The translations under genes were made by a program, and so were the position numbers. Below, piece by piece: positions 60,461-64,000 of a stretch of DNA of 64,000 bases. The notes under the pieces were generated by a model that made no database searches, was not told the origin of the DNA, and saw only the letters and a program-made list of their open reading frames with translations. Source of the DNA: Promethearchaeota archaeon (lineage in GTDB: Archaea; Asgardarchaeota; Lokiarchaeia; Sigyniarchaeales; SOKP01); assembly GCA_030603385.1 (NCBI GenBank), contig JAUVXW010000012.1, positions 28,015 through 92,014 on the forward strand, given 5' to 3'. Position 1 is the first letter of the stretch, and each line of letters starts with the position of its first letter.

Positions 60461-61683
60461 TTAATCTTTCCCTTGATATTTCTTATTGCTGCTTCCCTCA
60501 TATTTTCTGCAGGGATTTTAGCAAATTTTTTTACCATCGTTATGGCTTCATTCTGACAATTAAATGCACAAACACCACAACCTATGCATCTGTCAATGTT
60601 AATTTCAATTCGCTTGTTTTCACTTTCCCCATCAATAAGCTCCATCGCATACATGGGACAGAGCTCAGTGCATTTTTCACAGAATACACAATCGTCTCTT
60701 TCATATTCTGGAAGAAAATTTGAACTTGCAACAGCATTCGGATTATTGAATTGTCGAATACCTCGCAACATGACGCAACAATCACGATCACAGTTGCAAA
60801 TAAACATAGACTTTTCGGTTATATTCTGAGTCGTATGCACCAAACCAGCTTTTGCTGCCGCAGTTAAAGTTTTGAGTGCTTCTTCCTTGGTTAACTCTCT
60901 TCCAAACCCCTGTTCAATGTCGTAATCCGCCCATGTATTAAAATTCATGCACACATTAATAGGGTATTCATTAACAGGCACACCTTCATTATGAAATTTC
61001 ATATGAATTCTGCAAGCGCAATCCATTACAGAAATCCGTCGCGCTTGTTCTATGTAAAGCTTAGCTTGCTCAAATGGAAGTATATCATTTTTTACCATCT
61101 CAACTTCTTGGTTGACATCTACGAGTTTACCCTTTCCCCGACCAACTGTATCTTCTATAACTTCTTGATCTACGAATACTCTCATCATCGGATAAGCTGA
61201 ATTAGAATTTATCGAAACTAAACCCTTATTAAAATATTTCTCATATTCTTCAGTGAAAATTTTTAAAACTTCTTCTTCTTCCTTTAAAGCTCTCTCATGA
61301 TTTGCAAAATACAATTCAAATAAGCCAGGAAGCAGGGGAAACAAAGAATAGGTTGTTTCATCTCCTCCTTTTGCTGAGAAGATCCTTTGTGTACGGGCCA
61401 TTTCCTCTAATATAGGCTCAATCTTTTCAATAGGACGTTTAAGTTCTTTGGCTATTTTTGCTGCAGTTAGACGATCCATATATGGTCCGCTAAATAACAA
61501 TAAAATCTTCGACTCTTCAGGTGTGTAAAGTGCCTTAAGAATTTTTTCTATTTCTTCTGACCAAATAACACCCATTTTTTTTGCTATTAATTCATAATTT
61601 ACAGCCATTTTTATCATGTATAATGTATAATTTATGGTTAGTATAAATTTTTTTAACCAAATAAAGGATCTTCTTTTATCCAA
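60457..61683 (-). CDS. 4Fe-4S dicluster protein with N-terminal winged helix
   Basis: CACR, CNCDRDCC, CVFCEKCTELCP, CIGCGVCAFNC; start probably MAVNY. Confidence 0.88.
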   Translation of the reverse strand: MDKRRSFIWLKKFILTINYTLYMIKMAVNYELIAKKMGVIWSEEIEKILKALYTPEESKILLLFSGPYMDRLTAAKIAKELKRPIEKIEPILEEMARTQRIFSAKGGDETTYSLFPLLPGLFELYFANHERALKEEEEVLKIFTEEYEKYFNKGLVSINSNSAYPMMRVFVDQEVIEDTVGRGKGKLVDVNQEVEMVKNDILPFEQAKLYIEQARRISVMDCACRIHMKFHNEGVPVNEYPINVCMNFNTWADYDIEQGFGRELTKEEALKTLTAAAKAGLVHTTQNITEKSMFICNCDRDCCVMLRGIRQFNNPNAVASSNFLPEYERDDCVFCEKCTELCPMYAMELIDGESENKRIEINIDRCIGCGVCAFNCQNEAITMVKKFAKIPAENMREAAIRNIKGKIN

Positions 61684-61973
61684 TCTAATATAATTTCAGT
61701 TCAAACTCCCTCTATTCTAGAATAATTAATTTATTTAGGACTAATAATTTTAGGACTTTTGTAGAAATAATGAGAAGAATTTATAGAAATACAGCGCCAT
61801 ATTATAAACCGCCTCCAGAAGGTAAATATATATAAAAAATACCTTTTCTATTTATTTGTAGATCGTTTTAGATTAATAGCTGTAATATTTTGTAATAATA
61901 ATATATTAAATTTCAGATTTCATTATTACCTTGGGATTAAAAATGTTAAAAATAAATTAATTTAATTTATCTT

Positions 61974-62243
61974 ATGTCTAATTTATCAAAATCTGACTTG
62001 ATTAATAAAATAAAATCTGAATATAATAAGAAATTGAAAGAGTTAGAGGCTAAATTAGCAACAAAGCATAAAGAATTGATTCAAATTGAAAGAACAATTA
62101 AGCATGATACCAAAATAATTGATCATTCGAATATTTCTAAACTAAAGTCAAAAAAAGCAGAAATCAACACAACTATAATATCCTTAAAAAAAGAAATTAA
62201 AAAAGTTAACAAAGAAAAGATCAAAAGACTAAGAAAATTATAA
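61974..62243 (+). CDS. Basic coiled-coil hypothetical protein
   Basis: 89 aa K-rich heptads. Confidence 0.55.
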   Translation: MSNLSKSDLINKIKSEYNKKLKELEAKLATKHKELIQIERTIKHDTKIIDHSNISKLKSKKAEINTTIISLKKEIKKVNKEKIKRLRKL

Positions 62244-62337
62244 AGAACGTTTTTCCAATCAATTAGAATAAGCCGTTTATTTGCTATCGTTTTTAAAAAG
62301 GTGAATCTTTTTTCACTCTTTAGTTTATTAAGATCTA

Positions 62338-62760
62338 TTAATCCAAAAACATACTTTCTGGAAGTATCCAAACGGGAGGATCTCTTTTGAGTCCTTTTTC
62401 TTTAAGTTTTTCCAGCTTTTCTTTATAATCTTTATAGAAATCATACCCAAAAACACAGATGCCATGGTCAATCGCATCCAAAATGGATACAATGCCTTCA
62501 TGAAACATTTTATTAAATTCTTCAGCCTTATAGCAAAAGGCATCCAATCCTAAAGATAATTTATAATTTTCATAAATAATAGTTGACCTATTGATGAAAG
62601 ATTCTTTAAAATCTCCAACAAATATCATATCTAGATCACTATGTTCTAAATAATCACTTCTTGCTCGTGATCCAAATAAAATCACACATTCTAATGGTAC
62701 TTTTTTGTTAACAGATTCAGATAATTTGATTAAATAATCTTTTAAGTCAGCCTCTAACAT
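62338..62760 (-). CDS. Minimal nucleotidyltransferase (MNT), antitoxin-like
   Basis: FGSRARSDYLEHSDLD (GSx10DxD); start placed at MLEAD. Confidence 0.9.
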   Translation of the reverse strand: MLEADLKDYLIKLSESVNKKVPLECVILFGSRARSDYLEHSDLDMIFVGDFKESFINRSTIIYENYKLSLGLDAFCYKAEEFNKMFHEGIVSILDAIDHGICVFGYDFYKDYKEKLEKLKEKGLKRDPPVWILPESMFLD

Positions 62761-62764
62761 TTCC

Positions 62765-63163
62765 TTAATCATCCTTAATTTCTTTATTAACAAAATTGAT
62801 AATATTGGTTGCTTGAGCAATCGCTAATTCTGCTTCCTGTTTATTATAGGCTTTATGCGGAGCAATATTCGGAAGTGCGTCTGGATATCGTGTTGTAATA
62901 TAATGCTTATCAAGGCTTAGTGCTGTCCTTTCGATATCGTCAAAATTAACATTTTTTATTTCTTTATATTTTTCTAAAAGAGAGTGGATAGAATGACCCC
63001 ATCCATTGAGTTTATTATGATATAACAAGGCTTTCACTGCTTTTTCTGCTGCTTGTTGACAATGAAAAACTACAGTATTGAATCTATCATTCTTAAATAA
63101 GATTTTAGCATTTTCTATATCCCAATTTGCTTCCCCTAGCCAATTGGCTGTTCGTTCATTCAT
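62765..63163 (-). CDS. HEPN-domain protein (HEPN-MNT module)
   Basis: FHCQQAAEKAVKALL, GHSI..LL, LDKHYITTRYPD. Confidence 0.92.
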   Translation of the reverse strand: MNERTANWLGEANWDIENAKILFKNDRFNTVVFHCQQAAEKAVKALLYHNKLNGWGHSIHSLLEKYKEIKNVNFDDIERTALSLDKHYITTRYPDALPNIAPHKAYNKQEAELAIAQATNIINFVNKEIKDD

Positions 63164-63352
63164 AGAGGCGATTTTATTTTTTGAAAAGTTTTTCTATATT
63201 ACATATATCCTTTCAATTTTAAAAAACTAAGGAATTTAGATTTGCTCTTTTTTCAAGGAAAAAGTTTCAAGGAAAAAATCATAAATAATCTAATATTTTG
63301 AACATTATAAAGAAATGAAGAGATAATTTGTTGTTATATTGTCAAAGAATTG

Positions 63353-64000
63353 ATGGAAAAAATGAATAGTTCAGTTATTGAAATTGTTGATTTATTTTAT
63401 AATCCAAAATCGGTTGCAGTAATTGGTGCTTCGAAGGTTCCTATGAAAGGTGGGAACCGTATAGTTAATAATCTACACTCAAATGGCTACAAAGGTCAGA
63501 TTTATCCTGTTAATCCCAACTATACTGAAGAAGATGAACTATGTGGTTTCAAATTTAATAAATCTGTTTTAGATATTGAAGGAGAGGTAGATCTTGCCAT
63601 TTTTTATGTAAACAATCGTATTGTAACTAATATTCTTAAAGAATGTGTCAAGATAGGAAGAAAAGCGGCAATAATACATAGTGCTGGTTTTGAGGAAGTT
63701 GGGGTAGAAGGTTTAAAATTAAGGTATGAAATTGCAGCTATTACAGAAAATTTCTCCAAGTTACATATTATTGGTCCTAACTGTATGGGAATCAGTCGGT
63801 TCGATGGGGATTATGATGATAAAAAAGGAGGTTTCTTCACTGGACAATTTACTCTAACGAATTATAAAAGAGGTAATGTTGCGATCATCACCCAAAGTGG
63901 TTTTTTGAATGGCGGAATAGCACCACTAATTTTTCGTCAGTACCCAAATCTTGGATTTAGGTACATTGTTTCAATTGGAAACAAGATGGACTTGGGAGAA
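63353..64000 (+). CDS. Acyl-CoA synthetase (NDP-forming) CoA-binding subunit, partial (runs off window end)
   Basis: Manual translation: FYNPKSVAVIGAS, IYPVNP, SAGFEE, IIGPNCMG, ITQSG, SIGNKMDL. Confidence 0.9.
   Translation, partial: MEKMNSSVIEIVDLFYNPKSVAVIGASKVPMKGGNRIVNNLHSNGYKGQIYPVNPNYTEEDELCGFKFNKSVLDIEGEVDLAIFYVNNRIVTNILKECVKIGRKAAIIHSAGFEEVGVEGLKLRYEIAAITENFSKLHIIGPNCMGISRFDGDYDDKKGGFFTGQFTLTNYKRGNVAIITQSGFLNGGIAPLIFRQYPNLGFRYIVSIGNKMDLGE

Noticed and set aside
61770-61835. Micro-ORF MRRIYRNTAPYYKPPPEGKYI
   Set aside because: 21 codons with no supporting evidence; could be a remnant or chance
505-62543. Numerous short ORFs antisense to or overlapping long genes (e.g. 505-837, 15598-15882, 30052-30501, 49060-49431, 50197-50397, 62123-62371)
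   Set aside because: They overlap well-supported genes or lack protein-like features; treated as shadow ORFs

Overview
AT-rich archaeal chromosomal window. The gene content points to an Asgard archaeon, most likely Lokiarchaeia: a divergent actin-family gene, a longin-like/small-GTPase fusion, a RING-finger protein, IPGY-type C-terminal sorting tails, a multi-PAS histidine kinase, archaeal topoisomerase IA and a HEPN-MNT pair. It carries about 55 CDS. I found no rRNA, no convincing tRNA, no CRISPR array and no integrase or transposase. Main observations: (1) A coiled-coil/proline-rich protein ending in a WH2-like motif (4782-5480) lies upstream of, and co-oriented with, an actin paralog that lacks the Q137/H161-equivalent residues (10414-11535). 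The DNA between them looks inserted and includes a 7-repeat FG-GAP (integrin-alpha-like) surface protein. This is a candidate proto nucleation-promoting-factor/Arp system. (2) Two single genes are each flanked by ~90%-identical direct repeats made of a gene 3' end, and other orphan gene ends lie nearby. (3) An unrecognised family of four small paralogs sits next to a cyclin/TFB-fold gene, an RHH-winged-helix regulator with palindromic operator-like sites, and a RING gene. (4) A longin-pseudoGTPase/HEAT-solenoid/longin cluster at 26.8-32.5 kb. (5) A split Cwh43-like membrane+EEP pair. (6) Two apparent frameshifts. All annotations come from motif recognition by eye; no database searches were run.
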